Virus record (IMG/VR): IMGVR_UViG_3300045003_000080 | Coordinates: 55,830-119,829 of that record | DNA: 64,000 bases | Reading direction: 5' to 3' (one strand) | DNA from: a virus | Part shown: piece by piece, positions 8,971 to 18,585 of the stretch | How positions within the stretch are numbered: position 1 is the first letter of the stretch | Layout of the letters: the number at the start of each line of letters is the position of its first letter | The notes under the pieces: model-generated | What the model was told of the DNA's origin: nothing | Seen by the model: only the letters and a program-made list of their open reading frames with translations | Database searches by the model: none | Made by a program: the position numbers and the translations under genes

Positions 8971-11900
8971 AGCCTCCGGTGTCATCGGCAAGATCGGGCA
9001 GGCGTTCACGAATCTCGGCGACACGCTGCAGAAGGCGTCGGACATCTCCGCGCGCACGGCTGAGGAGCAGGCGGCCCTCGACGATCAGGTCACGGCGTCG
9101 ACTGCCGCCTGGACTGAGGCGACGAATCTGCAGACCGACGCGCAGATGCGGCTGAGGGCCGCGAACGAAGCGGTCCAGGAAGCCCAGGCCCAGGCGGTCG
9201 AGTGGGCGCGCATCCAAATGGACACCGAAAAGGAACTCGCAGGTGTCACCAGGGCCCTGACGGAGGAGGAGCAGTTCTCCGCGAAGGTCGTCGAGGAGTC
9301 GTTCGCTGCCGCGACCGAAGCGGTCAAGGCTGCGACGACGGTGCAGATCGAGGCGCTCGACGCGTTGCAGGCGGCGCAGACAGAAGTCGCGATCAGGTCG
9401 CAGGAGATGGCGGCTGCCGAAAGCGCCGCGTCGAGGGAGACCGGGCTGGGCGCTGCCGCGCTCGGGGGGCTCAAGGTCGCGGCTGCGACGACCGCGATCG
9501 GGGTCGGCGCCGTCGCGTACATGAGTACGAAGGCTGCCGCGAACTTCCAGTCGATGACAACCACCTTGGCCACCTCAGGTGGCGAGATGGACAAGACGGG
9601 CGCGCTGCTGGCGACCGTGCGCAACGGCATCCTGAACCTCGCGCAGTCCACGGGTACCGCCACCGATCAGCTCACCAAGGGCATGTACATGATCGGCAGC
9701 GCCGGGTTCACCGGCGCGAAGGGCTTGGAGGTGTTGCGCGCAGCTGCTGAGGGCGCGAAAGCGGAGAACTCGGACCTGGGCACCGTTGCCAACGCATTAA
9801 CAACGGTGATGCTGGACTACGGCAACCAGATCGACAAAGGCCCTGTCCAGGCGATGAACCTGATGATTGCCACGGTGCAGCGCGGCAAGATGACCACACA
9901 GGATTTCGCTGGGAGCCTCGCGTCGATCCTCCCGATCGCGAACTCGGCTGGGCTCAAGTTCGCCGAGGTCGGTGGCGCCCTGGCGACCATGACGGCGTCG
10001 GGTATGACAGCGCAGCGCGCCACCGATGACCTTTCGAATTCGGTCAGGGCCCTGCAGAAGCCTAACAACGTCGCCATCCAGTTGATGCAGCAGATGGGCA
10101 TTGACAGCAACAAGCTGGTGATGGACCTGGGCAAGAACGGCCTGACCGGGACCCTCAATACCCTGTTGCAGGCGATCGCCGCGCACACCAAGGGTGGCCA
10201 GGTTCTGCTGAACACCTGGTACACGTCCGCGTCGGCTGCTGCTGACCTGAAAACCATGATCGCGTCGATGACCCCGGCCATGCAGGCTCTGGCGAACGGG
10301 TTCCAAACCGGTTCGCTGACCGCGAAGCAGTTCCGTGACGACCTGTACCAGCTTTCCCCGCGACAGCGCGATGTGATGATGCAGTTCGAGTCGCTCGCGA
10401 ACAAGGCCGACGGATTCAACCAGCAACTCAAATTGGGCAACCCGGCTGCAATCACATTCAATAACGCGCTCGGGACGATGATGGGCGGGGCGACCGGGCT
10501 CAACACGGCTCTCATTCTGTCGGCGAATAACGGCAAAACGTTCGCGAACAATGTTGCGGCGATCGGCGCTGCCGCGCAGAACACCGGCACGGATGTCAAC
10601 GGTTGGAGTCTGATTCAGCAAAACTTCAACCAGCAGCTGTCGCAGCTGAAGGAGACGGTGCAGGTCGCGGCGATCCGGATCGGTACGGCGTTGCTGCCGG
10701 CGGTGACGAAGATCGTCGAGTGGATCGCGAAGGTGATCCAGCCGATCGCGGAGTGGATCAGCCATCACCAGAAGCTCTCGGCCGTCATCATGATCGCCGT
10801 TGGGGTGCTCTCCACGCTGCTGGTGATGCTGATCAGCGCCGTGAAAATTTTCAAGGAAGTCAAGCTCGCCATCGAAGGGCTCGGAGTCGCGCTCGATTTC
10901 CTCGCGGACAACCCAATCATCCTCATCATTGCCGCGATTGCGGTCGCCGCGTATCTGATCATCACTCACTGGTCGACGGTGAAGAAATGGCTTGAGGAGT
11001 TCTGGGGCTGGATCGTCAAGGTCGCGAAGATCGCCGCCCATTATTTTGTCCAGGCGTGGAATGAGTCGGTCGAGACGCTCAAGCGCGTCTGGGGCGATAT
11101 CAAGAGGATATGGGACGACACGGGCGGTAAAGCGGTCACGTGGATCAAGGACCAGTTCGAGAAGATCGCCGAGCCGATTAAAAAGGAATGGGACCACATC
11201 GTTTCCGACCTGGAGTCGATCTGGGGTTCGCTCACCGAAATCTGGAACGGAACCGGCGGGAAACTCGTCCACCTTATCTCGGCGCACTGGAAAGCGATCT
11301 CGGATTTCACGAAACTGATCTGGCAGGGCATCTACACGATGATCAAGGTCCAAGTCGACATCATCGTGCAGATCCTGAAAGTCGCGTGGGAGCTTATCTC
11401 AAGCGCCGTGAAAGTCCAGTGGGACCTGATCAAGGGGATCCTGAAAACAGCGTGGGATCTCATCTACGGCCTCATCAAGGGCACCCTCGATGTGATCATC
11501 GGCGTGTTGAAAGCCGCGTGGGATATCGTCGTGGGGATTTTCCGGGCCGTGTGGGACATCATCAAGGTCGTTATCAACACGGCCCTGGACTACATTAAAG
11601 ACGTCCTGAAGTTGTTCGCGGACCTCGTGACCGGCCAGTGGGGCAAACTCTGGAACGACGTGAAGAAGATCTTCACGGACCTGTGGAACAACATCAAGGA
11701 TTTCTTCGTCAACATCTGGCACGATATCGAGGACACCGCGTCGAGCGCGGTCAGCAATGTGTGGAACGGGTTCGTCTCCGGCACGAAGGCCGCCCTCGGC
11801 GGTATTACGAGCGCGATCACCGACGTCTACAACACGATTAAGAACTTTTTCGCCGACGCCTACAACTGGCTGATCGACGCCGGCAAGGCGATCCTGAATG

Positions 11901-12331
11901 GTTTCGTCGATGGCGCGAAGTCCGTGTGGAACGACGTGACATCGTTTTTCGGCGGGTTCGGCGACTGGATTGCGAAGCACAAGGGCCCGATCGAGGTCGA
12001 CATGAAGCTGCTGGTCCCACACGGCCAGGCGATCATGAAGGGGTTGATGGACGGGTTGCAGGCGCAAATGCCCGCGCTGCAGGCGAAACTGGGCCAGGTC
12101 ACCTCCACCGTGACCGCGTCGGTCAACCCGGTGCTGCGCACCTCCGGCGCGCTGTCCGGGTTCGGGTCGGCGCCCACGTCGGCGTCGACGCAGCCACAGA
12201 TCGTGATCACGAACGATCTGCGCGAGTCGCGGATCATGTCGGACCGGGACATGGACATGCTCACGCAGAAGATCGGCAATCGGCTCGCGACGCAGCTGCT
12301 GCCTGCCGGTGGTGTACGCATCAGGTCATAG
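8921..12331 (+). CDS. Tape measure protein (TP901-type core)
   Basis: About 1137 aa (GTG 8921 likely; track start 8900). Ala-rich helical, TP901-like core, ~11-aa Trp-periodic repeats, C-terminal HKGP...LLVPHGQAIMKGL. Confidence 0.95.
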   Translation: MATDEITILLLLEAVDKASGVIGKIGQAFTNLGDTLQKASDISARTAEEQAALDDQVTASTAAWTEATNLQTDAQMRLRAANEAVQEAQAQAVEWARIQMDTEKELAGVTRALTEEEQFSAKVVEESFAAATEAVKAATTVQIEALDALQAAQTEVAIRSQEMAAAESAASRETGLGAAALGGLKVAAATTAIGVGAVAYMSTKAAANFQSMTTTLATSGGEMDKTGALLATVRNGILNLAQSTGTATDQLTKGMYMIGSAGFTGAKGLEVLRAAAEGAKAENSDLGTVANALTTVMLDYGNQIDKGPVQAMNLMIATVQRGKMTTQDFAGSLASILPIANSAGLKFAEVGGALATMTASGMTAQRATDDLSNSVRALQKPNNVAIQLMQQMGIDSNKLVMDLGKNGLTGTLNTLLQAIAAHTKGGQVLLNTWYTSASAAADLKTMIASMTPAMQALANGFQTGSLTAKQFRDDLYQLSPRQRDVMMQFESLANKADGFNQQLKLGNPAAITFNNALGTMMGGATGLNTALILSANNGKTFANNVAAIGAAAQNTGTDVNGWSLIQQNFNQQLSQLKETVQVAAIRIGTALLPAVTKIVEWIAKVIQPIAEWISHHQKLSAVIMIAVGVLSTLLVMLISAVKIFKEVKLAIEGLGVALDFLADNPIILIIAAIAVAAYLIITHWSTVKKWLEEFWGWIVKVAKIAAHYFVQAWNESVETLKRVWGDIKRIWDDTGGKAVTWIKDQFEKIAEPIKKEWDHIVSDLESIWGSLTEIWNGTGGKLVHLISAHWKAISDFTKLIWQGIYTMIKVQVDIIVQILKVAWELISSAVKVQWDLIKGILKTAWDLIYGLIKGTLDVIIGVLKAAWDIVVGIFRAVWDIIKVVINTALDYIKDVLKLFADLVTGQWGKLWNDVKKIFTDLWNNIKDFFVNIWHDIEDTASSAVSNVWNGFVSGTKAALGGITSAITDVYNTIKNFFADAYNWLIDAGKAILNGFVDGAKSVWNDVTSFFGGFGDWIAKHKGPIEVDMKLLVPHGQAIMKGLMDGLQAQMPALQAKLGQVTSTVTASVNPVLRTSGALSGFGSAPTSASTQPQIVITNDLRESRIMSDRDMDMLTQKIGNRLATQLLPAGGVRIRS

Positions 12332-12348
12332 AGGCACGGGGGTGAGCG

Positions 12349-13746
12349 GTGCCGATCTCACCCCCGAGCCTGACGCTCACGATCACCCCGCCGGGTGGTT
12401 CGCCGGTGAACTACACCAACAATCTGGCGTGGGCGGGCGCTGACGGACAGTTGCAGATCTCGCAGAATTTCGGGCGGCAGGGCGACACCGCGAGTTTGAC
12501 ACTCGTGGATGAGTTTTCCGGGACGCCGAATTTCTACATCCCGGTGATGAGCCAGATCAAACTGTTCGACAACACGGCGAACGTGACGCTTTTCGCAGGC
12601 GTTGTCAACGACCCGACACAGCATGTGAGCAGCCCGAACCGCAACGAGTGGCAGTTACAGTGCACTGATTACACCTTTTATGCGGATAATGCGATTGTTC
12701 ATGGTACGTTCGTCGGGCAGACCGTCGACCAGATCGTCATCTCGCTCACCGCGCAAGCCAACTGTGGGATCTCGGCCGCGTCCACCGCGTCCGGCGGGTT
12801 CGTGCGCACCGGCCCACAACTCGCCAACTTCGTGCTCAACTACACGACGCTGAGCCAGGCGTGGCGCACCCTCGCGATCCTCGCCGGATCGTCAACACCC
12901 TACGGCTGGTACGTCGACGAAAACCGGGCACTGCACTTTTTCGACTCCTCCACCGCCTTGCCCTCGGGTGTCACGTTCACCACCACCCCGACCACGTTCG
13001 GCTCCACCACCGAGGGCCACATCGCCCTGGACGGACAGAACGGGTGGGAGATCGACGGCACCTCCATCCACAACAGGATCCTGGTACAGGGCGCCTACCT
13101 GACCAAGTACTACGGGTCGACGAACAACGCGCCCACCGACACCTGGCGCGCCGACGGACACCAGGGCGCGTGGGCGCTGCGCTACACCGCGACCAGCCAG
13201 CAGGTCTCCGCCCCGATCCTGCACGTGAACGGCGTGAAGACGAGCGTGACGGTGGTCGTCGCCGGCACCGTTCCCCCCACCGGCGTGTGGACCGCGCAGC
13301 AGAACGCCAACGGCCAATGGTTCCTGGTCGCGCCCTCGACCCCGTCGGCAGGCACGCTCCTGCAAGCCTGGTACAACTACCAGACCCCGGTGATCGCGCA
13401 AGCCCAGTCCACCGCGTCGCAGGCCACATACACAGGCCCGAACTCGGGTGTTTTCGCCGAATACATCAACGACACCAGCGCCACGACCGTGCCGATGGCT
13501 CTGGCGAGGGCGCTTCGGGAACGCAACGAGTACGGGTTCGCGGCTGAACGCTACACGTTTACAACAACGGAAGACTTCCTGGGGCACGTGCGCGCCGGAC
13601 AAACATGCACGATCGTCAACCAGTTCCTGCGCGATTTCGACAGCAACACCTGGGGCGTCAACGACACGTTCATCATCGTCGCCAACACGATCTCGTTCAC
13701 TGGTGGCGGCTACCGCACCGCGCAGATCACTGCCATACGCGTGTAA
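12349..13746 (+). CDS. Minor tail / baseplate hub-like protein
   Basis: 465 aa directly after tape measure; GWYVDENRALHFF motif. Confidence 0.75.
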   Translation: MPISPPSLTLTITPPGGSPVNYTNNLAWAGADGQLQISQNFGRQGDTASLTLVDEFSGTPNFYIPVMSQIKLFDNTANVTLFAGVVNDPTQHVSSPNRNEWQLQCTDYTFYADNAIVHGTFVGQTVDQIVISLTAQANCGISAASTASGGFVRTGPQLANFVLNYTTLSQAWRTLAILAGSSTPYGWYVDENRALHFFDSSTALPSGVTFTTTPTTFGSTTEGHIALDGQNGWEIDGTSIHNRILVQGAYLTKYYGSTNNAPTDTWRADGHQGAWALRYTATSQQVSAPILHVNGVKTSVTVVVAGTVPPTGVWTAQQNANGQWFLVAPSTPSAGTLLQAWYNYQTPVIAQAQSTASQATYTGPNSGVFAEYINDTSATTVPMALARALRERNEYGFAAERYTFTTTEDFLGHVRAGQTCTIVNQFLRDFDSNTWGVNDTFIIVANTISFTGGGYRTAQITAIRV

Positions 13747-13755
13747 GGGGGCGAG

Positions 13756-13983
13756 ATGGCTGCCGGGTCGGGTGTGTTCCGTCCTTATACGTTCGTTGAT
13801 GTTCTCGGGACTATCAACCAGCAGTCGACGCAGTCGTCCAGCACCACGCAGATCGACGGGGTCGGGTTCGTCGGCGAGTCCGACGAGACGATGACCGGCG
13901 CCGACAGCGCTACGGACCTGTTGCAGACGGCTGCGATGAGCGTGTGGGACACGGCGCTGTGGGGGTCGGTCGCGTGGAGTTGA
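13756..13983 (+). CDS. Small tail-module protein
   Basis: 75 aa with RBS; WDTALWGSVAWS end. Confidence 0.65.
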   Translation: MAAGSGVFRPYTFVDVLGTINQQSTQSSSTTQIDGVGFVGESDETMTGADSATDLLQTAAMSVWDTALWGSVAWS

Positions 13984-14501
13984 ACGCCGGGGACCGTGTG
14001 GGCCTGCGCGGTCGGCTGAAACTGACGGTGGTGCGCCCGGACGGGTCGGTGCGTGAGCAGCGCGAGGGCGACAACGTGGTGTGCACCACCGGATACACGG
14101 CGATTACGTCAGCGTTGGTGTGGTCGGGGATCCAGGACCAGGCCACGAACCTGGGCGTGACCAGCCCCACCTACCTGACCCCCCTGTACGGGGCGGTCGG
14201 ATCCGGAACCGGAACCGTGCTGAAATCCGACACGGCGCTTCAGGCGGAACTGGGGCGGCAGGTCGTGGGCGCGGGCGCGTCGTCGCCGGCGTCGGCTACC
14301 GTCCCGGCGCAGACCACGTGGCTGTTTTATTTCGCGTCCCCGACGGTGACCTGGACGGTCGCCGAAGCGGGTGTGTTCGCGAATGCGACCTCTGCGATCA
14401 ACTCCGGGTCGATGCTGGACCACTGGAGCTTCTCGCCGACGATCACGGTGCCCACCGCCGACTCGCTGATCTTGCAGGTCTCTTTCCAGTTCGGCCCCTA
14501 G
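13980..14501 (+). CDS. Minor tail protein
   Basis: TTG overlaps upstream stop; NVVCTTG...AVGSGT...DTALQAELGR...EAGVF pattern of tail-fibre N-terminal-like proteins. Confidence 0.7.
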   Translation: MNAGDRVGLRGRLKLTVVRPDGSVREQREGDNVVCTTGYTAITSALVWSGIQDQATNLGVTSPTYLTPLYGAVGSGTGTVLKSDTALQAELGRQVVGAGASSPASATVPAQTTWLFYFASPTVTWTVAEAGVFANATSAINSGSMLDHWSFSPTITVPTADSLILQVSFQFGP

Positions 14502-14511
14502 AAGGAGCGGC

Positions 14512-15258
14512 ATGGCGACGGCGAGCTGGTTGGCGGCCTCAGCCGGGAACGCCGCGAACGCCGGGCAGATCAACCAGTTCCTTGGCACCCACTCCTCGAC
14601 GTGGACGTACGCCGGCACCCAGCGAGCGGCGCAAACCACCGGCTCTGGCGCGTACCAGTCCTCTGCCGGGATGTACCTGGCGCAGAGCTTCACCACCGGT
14701 TCCGGTCAGACCACGCTCGGGCAGGTGTGGCTGCAGCTAAGCACGGTGGGCGGTTCGCCGCTCACCCCCCTGATCGGGACTCTCGCGGTGTCGCTGTACC
14801 CGAACGGCGCACCCACCGGGACGGCCCTGGCCTCGACCACGCTGGCCGAGCAGTACGTCTACACCGCACCGTTCTGGGTGCGTGTTCCCCTGGTCGCCTC
14901 GGGGTTGACGCCGTCGACGACGTACCAGATCGTGACGGCCCCGGCCGGTGCGGGCGGCCACTACTACACCTGGCAGCAGTCGAACCAGACATCCGGGGCG
15001 TCCGCGTCCCCGGACGGTGTCACTTGGTCGGCGCAGACGTTCGGGTTGATGTACCAGGTGTTCGACGACACCCCGGGCAGTCAGCTGCAGTTGCTCTACG
15101 ACGACGCCGGCGCCCGGTGGGTGAGCTTCACCTATGACAGTTTCGGGCGTATCGCGACGTTGACGGAGTACTGCGTCGCCCAGAACCCGGCCGCACCGTT
15201 GGCGTCTGCCACGCGCACGTTCACCTACACGCAGGGTGTTTTGACGGGGGTGGCGTAA
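14512..15258 (+). CDS. Minor tail protein (paralog of 17851-18576)
   Basis: Shares QINQFLxTH, AQxFT and YxWxxSNQ motifs with 17851-18576. Confidence 0.75.
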   Translation: MATASWLAASAGNAANAGQINQFLGTHSSTWTYAGTQRAAQTTGSGAYQSSAGMYLAQSFTTGSGQTTLGQVWLQLSTVGGSPLTPLIGTLAVSLYPNGAPTGTALASTTLAEQYVYTAPFWVRVPLVASGLTPSTTYQIVTAPAGAGGHYYTWQQSNQTSGASASPDGVTWSAQTFGLMYQVFDDTPGSQLQLLYDDAGARWVSFTYDSFGRIATLTEYCVAQNPAAPLASATRTFTYTQGVLTGVA

Positions 15259-15260
15259 CG

Positions 15261-17834
15261 ATGGGGTTCCTGGTCGGGTACGTCACGCCTCAGGACTATG
15301 GGGCGAGCGGCAACGGCACCAGCGACGATCTGGCGGGTGTGCAGGGCGCGATCAACGCTGTGCAGAGCGCGGGTGGCGGCACCGTCTTTTTCCCGGTCGG
15401 CACGTACCTGGTGTCCGGGATTCCCACGATCACCGGGAGCGGTATCAGTATCCGGGGCGCCGGCTGGTCCTCGGTGATCAAGCTCGCGACCTCCGCGCTC
15501 AACGCGAGTGGCACAACGATCGGGTTGTGGGTCAACGGGGGCAGCAATGTGTTGATCGAAGAACTCTGTGTCGATGGGAACTTCGCGTCGATCGCGAAAG
15601 ACGGGGGTCAGGTCGTCGCGAGCACGACGTTCGGGTCCAGCGCGCTGGGCGCCGCGATCGTCACCGCCCCGACGCAGGGAACCACTGAGACGTGGACGGT
15701 CAACGCGGCTGCCGCGACCGCGACCAGCGCGTATGCCGGTATCCCGTTCGTGTTCCAGGTCAATTCCGAAGAGGTCATCTGCACCGGGGGGCAGGGCACC
15801 ACGTCGTGGACGGTAAGGCGCGGCTTCAACTCCACGACGACGGCGACGCACAGCAACGGCACGTCGATCACGAACACGCAGGGCACCCTGTTCGACACGG
15901 TGATATCCACCTACGGTATCAACTCGCCGAAAGACTACCTGCCCTCCACCTACGCCGGTGGCATCGACCCGACGACGTATCTCAAGCAGCGCATGCCGAT
16001 CCGGATCACCGGCGCGTCGAACGTCACGGTGCGCAACTGCCTGATCCAGAACTCGATCTCAGCCGGGATCCTGGCTGACGCCGCGTCGGTGAACGGTTGC
16101 ACGGACGTCCTGGTGACGAACAACAGGGTTAAATTAACCTGGGACAACGGCGTCTACTGCCATCAGGGCGTCCAGTACGCGACGGTCGCGAACAACGAAA
16201 TCAGCGACACGACATACAACGGTGTGTCTGCCGTGTACAGCGACCACATCCTCGTGACCAGCAACAACATCCGCCTCGCGGGCCCGTCCTACGCCGACAG
16301 TGGCGGCGTGCAAATCAACGGGTCGAGTAACTGCGAGGTCATGGGCAACCTGATCGACCAGTGCCAGTTCTACGGCGTCGAGGCCCTCTCCACAGTGGAA
16401 ACGAACATCACCGGGGGCGCGGGCGGCAACCAGGTGTGGGCGTCGAACACGATCATCGCGAACAATTCAATCACCGGATGTCATGCTGCCGACTTCCCGA
16501 CGCACACCTCACCCGGGGTGAATGTGTTCGGCGCGTCCAACACGGCGATCATCGGCAACACCATCGACAACTGCGACTACGGCGTCAGCATGGGCAGCAA
16601 ATCATCGCTCACCCAAATCCTGAACAACCGCATCACCCGGTCCACATCACTTGGTATCAATGTCGGTAACAGCGCGGACGTGATCGGCACGATCATCCGG
16701 GGCAACCTGATCGCGTACGGCAAGTCGCATGGTGTGTTCGCGAACGCTCCGACGCGGATCGAGGGCAACACGATCACCGCGAACGGGAGCGGTGGCACCG
16801 GGATGGGTGTCAACCTGTCGTCGCCGCCCACCGGCATCCCCAACAAGATCGACTGGGTGCTGAACAACACGATCACCGGGAACGCCGACAGTGGCCTGTA
16901 CGCCAACGCCGGCTCCGGGAACATCGCGTACGCGCAAGGCAACCTGTTCAGCAACGACCAGTTCGTGCTGTTCAACGACGCGTCGATCACGTTCAACTCG
17001 ACGACCATGACGTCCGCGACCGCGTCGTTCACCAACTCCGACGTCGGCCTGCCGATCGTGCTGATGGATCAGGGCTCCGGTGGTGTGACGACCGCGACGA
17101 CGGTCGCTTCGGTCACGAACTCCACCACGATCGTGCTCGCGTCAGCCGCGCAGGCCACCGAAACCGGGGTCACGTTCTGGATCGGGCGCGGCGTGGCGAG
17201 CTACACCGACGGGTCGACGACGAACGCCGCCAGCAGCGTCCTGACCAGTGCGACGGCAGGGTTCACCTCGTCGGATGCGGGCAAGCTCATCGTGCTGTTG
17301 TCGCAGTCGCTCACCCCGAGTGTGCTGTTCGTCGGCACGATCGCGAGCTTCACCAACTCCACGACGGTCACCCTGTCCGGGCCGGCCGGGTTGATCTCCG
17401 CCTGCACGTTGATCATCAACAGGAGTAACGCGCAGCAGGTACGCGGCATCAACAACGGATCAGGGCTCTGCATCGACAAGAACAACATCGTGTGGGGTAT
17501 CCCCGAAGTATTAACGGGTGGAAACACGTTCAACTTGCAGGCGCGTGACCGGTGGGAGGTGTACGACGCGGCGACCACCCTGGACCGCACCGCCCGGTAC
17601 GTCGCCTACGTCGCGCTCACGGCTGCGCGCACCCTCACCCTCGCCGACGCGACCACCGTCCCCCCCGGCGCCCTGGTCGTGATCAAAGACGAGGCGGGCA
17701 CAGCCGGCAGCAACACGATCACGGTCGCGACCCAGAACTCGCAGACCATCGACGGCGCGTCCACGAAAACGATCACGTCGAACTACGGGCTGCTGCGCCT
17801 GACCCCGTCGGCCGCGCAGTGGTTCACCACGTAG
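15261..17834 (+). CDS. Tailspike / receptor-binding protein with right-handed beta-helix (putative depolymerase)
   Basis: DYGASGNGTSDD...AIN...GGGTVFFPVGTY pectate-lyase-3-like N-terminus; many IxxNxI repeats; C-terminal IKDEAGTAGSNTITV...TIDGA. Confidence 0.85.
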   Translation: MGFLVGYVTPQDYGASGNGTSDDLAGVQGAINAVQSAGGGTVFFPVGTYLVSGIPTITGSGISIRGAGWSSVIKLATSALNASGTTIGLWVNGGSNVLIEELCVDGNFASIAKDGGQVVASTTFGSSALGAAIVTAPTQGTTETWTVNAAAATATSAYAGIPFVFQVNSEEVICTGGQGTTSWTVRRGFNSTTTATHSNGTSITNTQGTLFDTVISTYGINSPKDYLPSTYAGGIDPTTYLKQRMPIRITGASNVTVRNCLIQNSISAGILADAASVNGCTDVLVTNNRVKLTWDNGVYCHQGVQYATVANNEISDTTYNGVSAVYSDHILVTSNNIRLAGPSYADSGGVQINGSSNCEVMGNLIDQCQFYGVEALSTVETNITGGAGGNQVWASNTIIANNSITGCHAADFPTHTSPGVNVFGASNTAIIGNTIDNCDYGVSMGSKSSLTQILNNRITRSTSLGINVGNSADVIGTIIRGNLIAYGKSHGVFANAPTRIEGNTITANGSGGTGMGVNLSSPPTGIPNKIDWVLNNTITGNADSGLYANAGSGNIAYAQGNLFSNDQFVLFNDASITFNSTTMTSATASFTNSDVGLPIVLMDQGSGGVTTATTVASVTNSTTIVLASAAQATETGVTFWIGRGVASYTDGSTTNAASSVLTSATAGFTSSDAGKLIVLLSQSLTPSVLFVGTIASFTNSTTVTLSGPAGLISACTLIINRSNAQQVRGINNGSGLCIDKNNIVWGIPEVLTGGNTFNLQARDRWEVYDAATTLDRTARYVAYVALTAARTLTLADATTVPPGALVVIKDEAGTAGSNTITVATQNSQTIDGASTKTITSNYGLLRLTPSAAQWFTT

Positions 17835-17850
17835 ACGGGCGGGGGGCGCG

Positions 17851-18576
17851 ATGGTGAACTGGGTCGCCGCGTCGAGCGGCTCCGCCCCGTTGGCAGCGCA
17901 GATCAACCAGTTCCTGACCACCCACGCGTTCACGGCTGTGTACACGGGCGCCGAGCAGGATCATCAGGCCACAGCCGGCTCCGGCGCCGTGGACTCCAAC
18001 AGTCTGTACATCGCGCAGAAGTTCACCTCTGGCGGCACATACACGTCCGGGCGGGTCGTGCTCACCCTCGCGGTGACTGGGACGCCGGCGCCGTGGTCGT
18101 TGTCTTTGCAGTCAGACAACTCTGGGGCGCCGTCCGGGACGATCCTGGCCGGCCCGGTCGCGGTCCCCAACGGGTTCGTGCCCGCCAGCGCCGCGACCGT
18201 GTCGATTCCCCTGCCGGGCGCGTCGATCACGTCGGGCACCGTGTACTGGATCGTTGCGCACGCGGCCGGCGACGTGTCCAACTTCTACGCGTGGAGCAAA
18301 TCGAACCAGGCCACCGGGGCGTCGACGTCGGCGAACGGCAGCACCTGGTCGGCGCAGGCGTACGGGTTGCTGTTCCAGGTGTGGGACTCGACGATCGTCA
18401 CCCCCATGGTGCACACCTGGGAAGACTCGGCCGCAAGGTGGACCACCCTCGCGTACAACGCCCAGTCCACCCCGTCGAAGATCAGCGAGTACACCGTCGC
18501 GCAGGCCGCCAACGACTACGTGTCCAGTGTGCGCAGCTTCACCTACACCAACGGGCTGCCGACCTCGATCGCGTAA
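17851..18576 (+). CDS. Minor tail protein (paralog of 14512-15258)
   Basis: Visible end-to-end similarity to 14512-15258. Confidence 0.75.
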   Translation: MVNWVAASSGSAPLAAQINQFLTTHAFTAVYTGAEQDHQATAGSGAVDSNSLYIAQKFTSGGTYTSGRVVLTLAVTGTPAPWSLSLQSDNSGAPSGTILAGPVAVPNGFVPASAATVSIPLPGASITSGTVYWIVAHAAGDVSNFYAWSKSNQATGASTSANGSTWSAQAYGLLFQVWDSTIVTPMVHTWEDSAARWTTLAYNAQSTPSKISEYTVAQAANDYVSSVRSFTYTNGLPTSIA

Positions 18577-18585
18577 GGAGAGCCG

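Noticed and set aside
1507-11353. Long antisense ORFs (1507-2829, 6886-8142, 9797-11353 and similar)
   Set aside because: Shadow ORFs expected in high-GC coding DNA; Arg/His/Val-rich with no motifs.
10950-11960. Roughly 33-nt periodicity in the tape measure gene
   Set aside because: Ordinary 11-aa Trp-periodic tape measure repeats.
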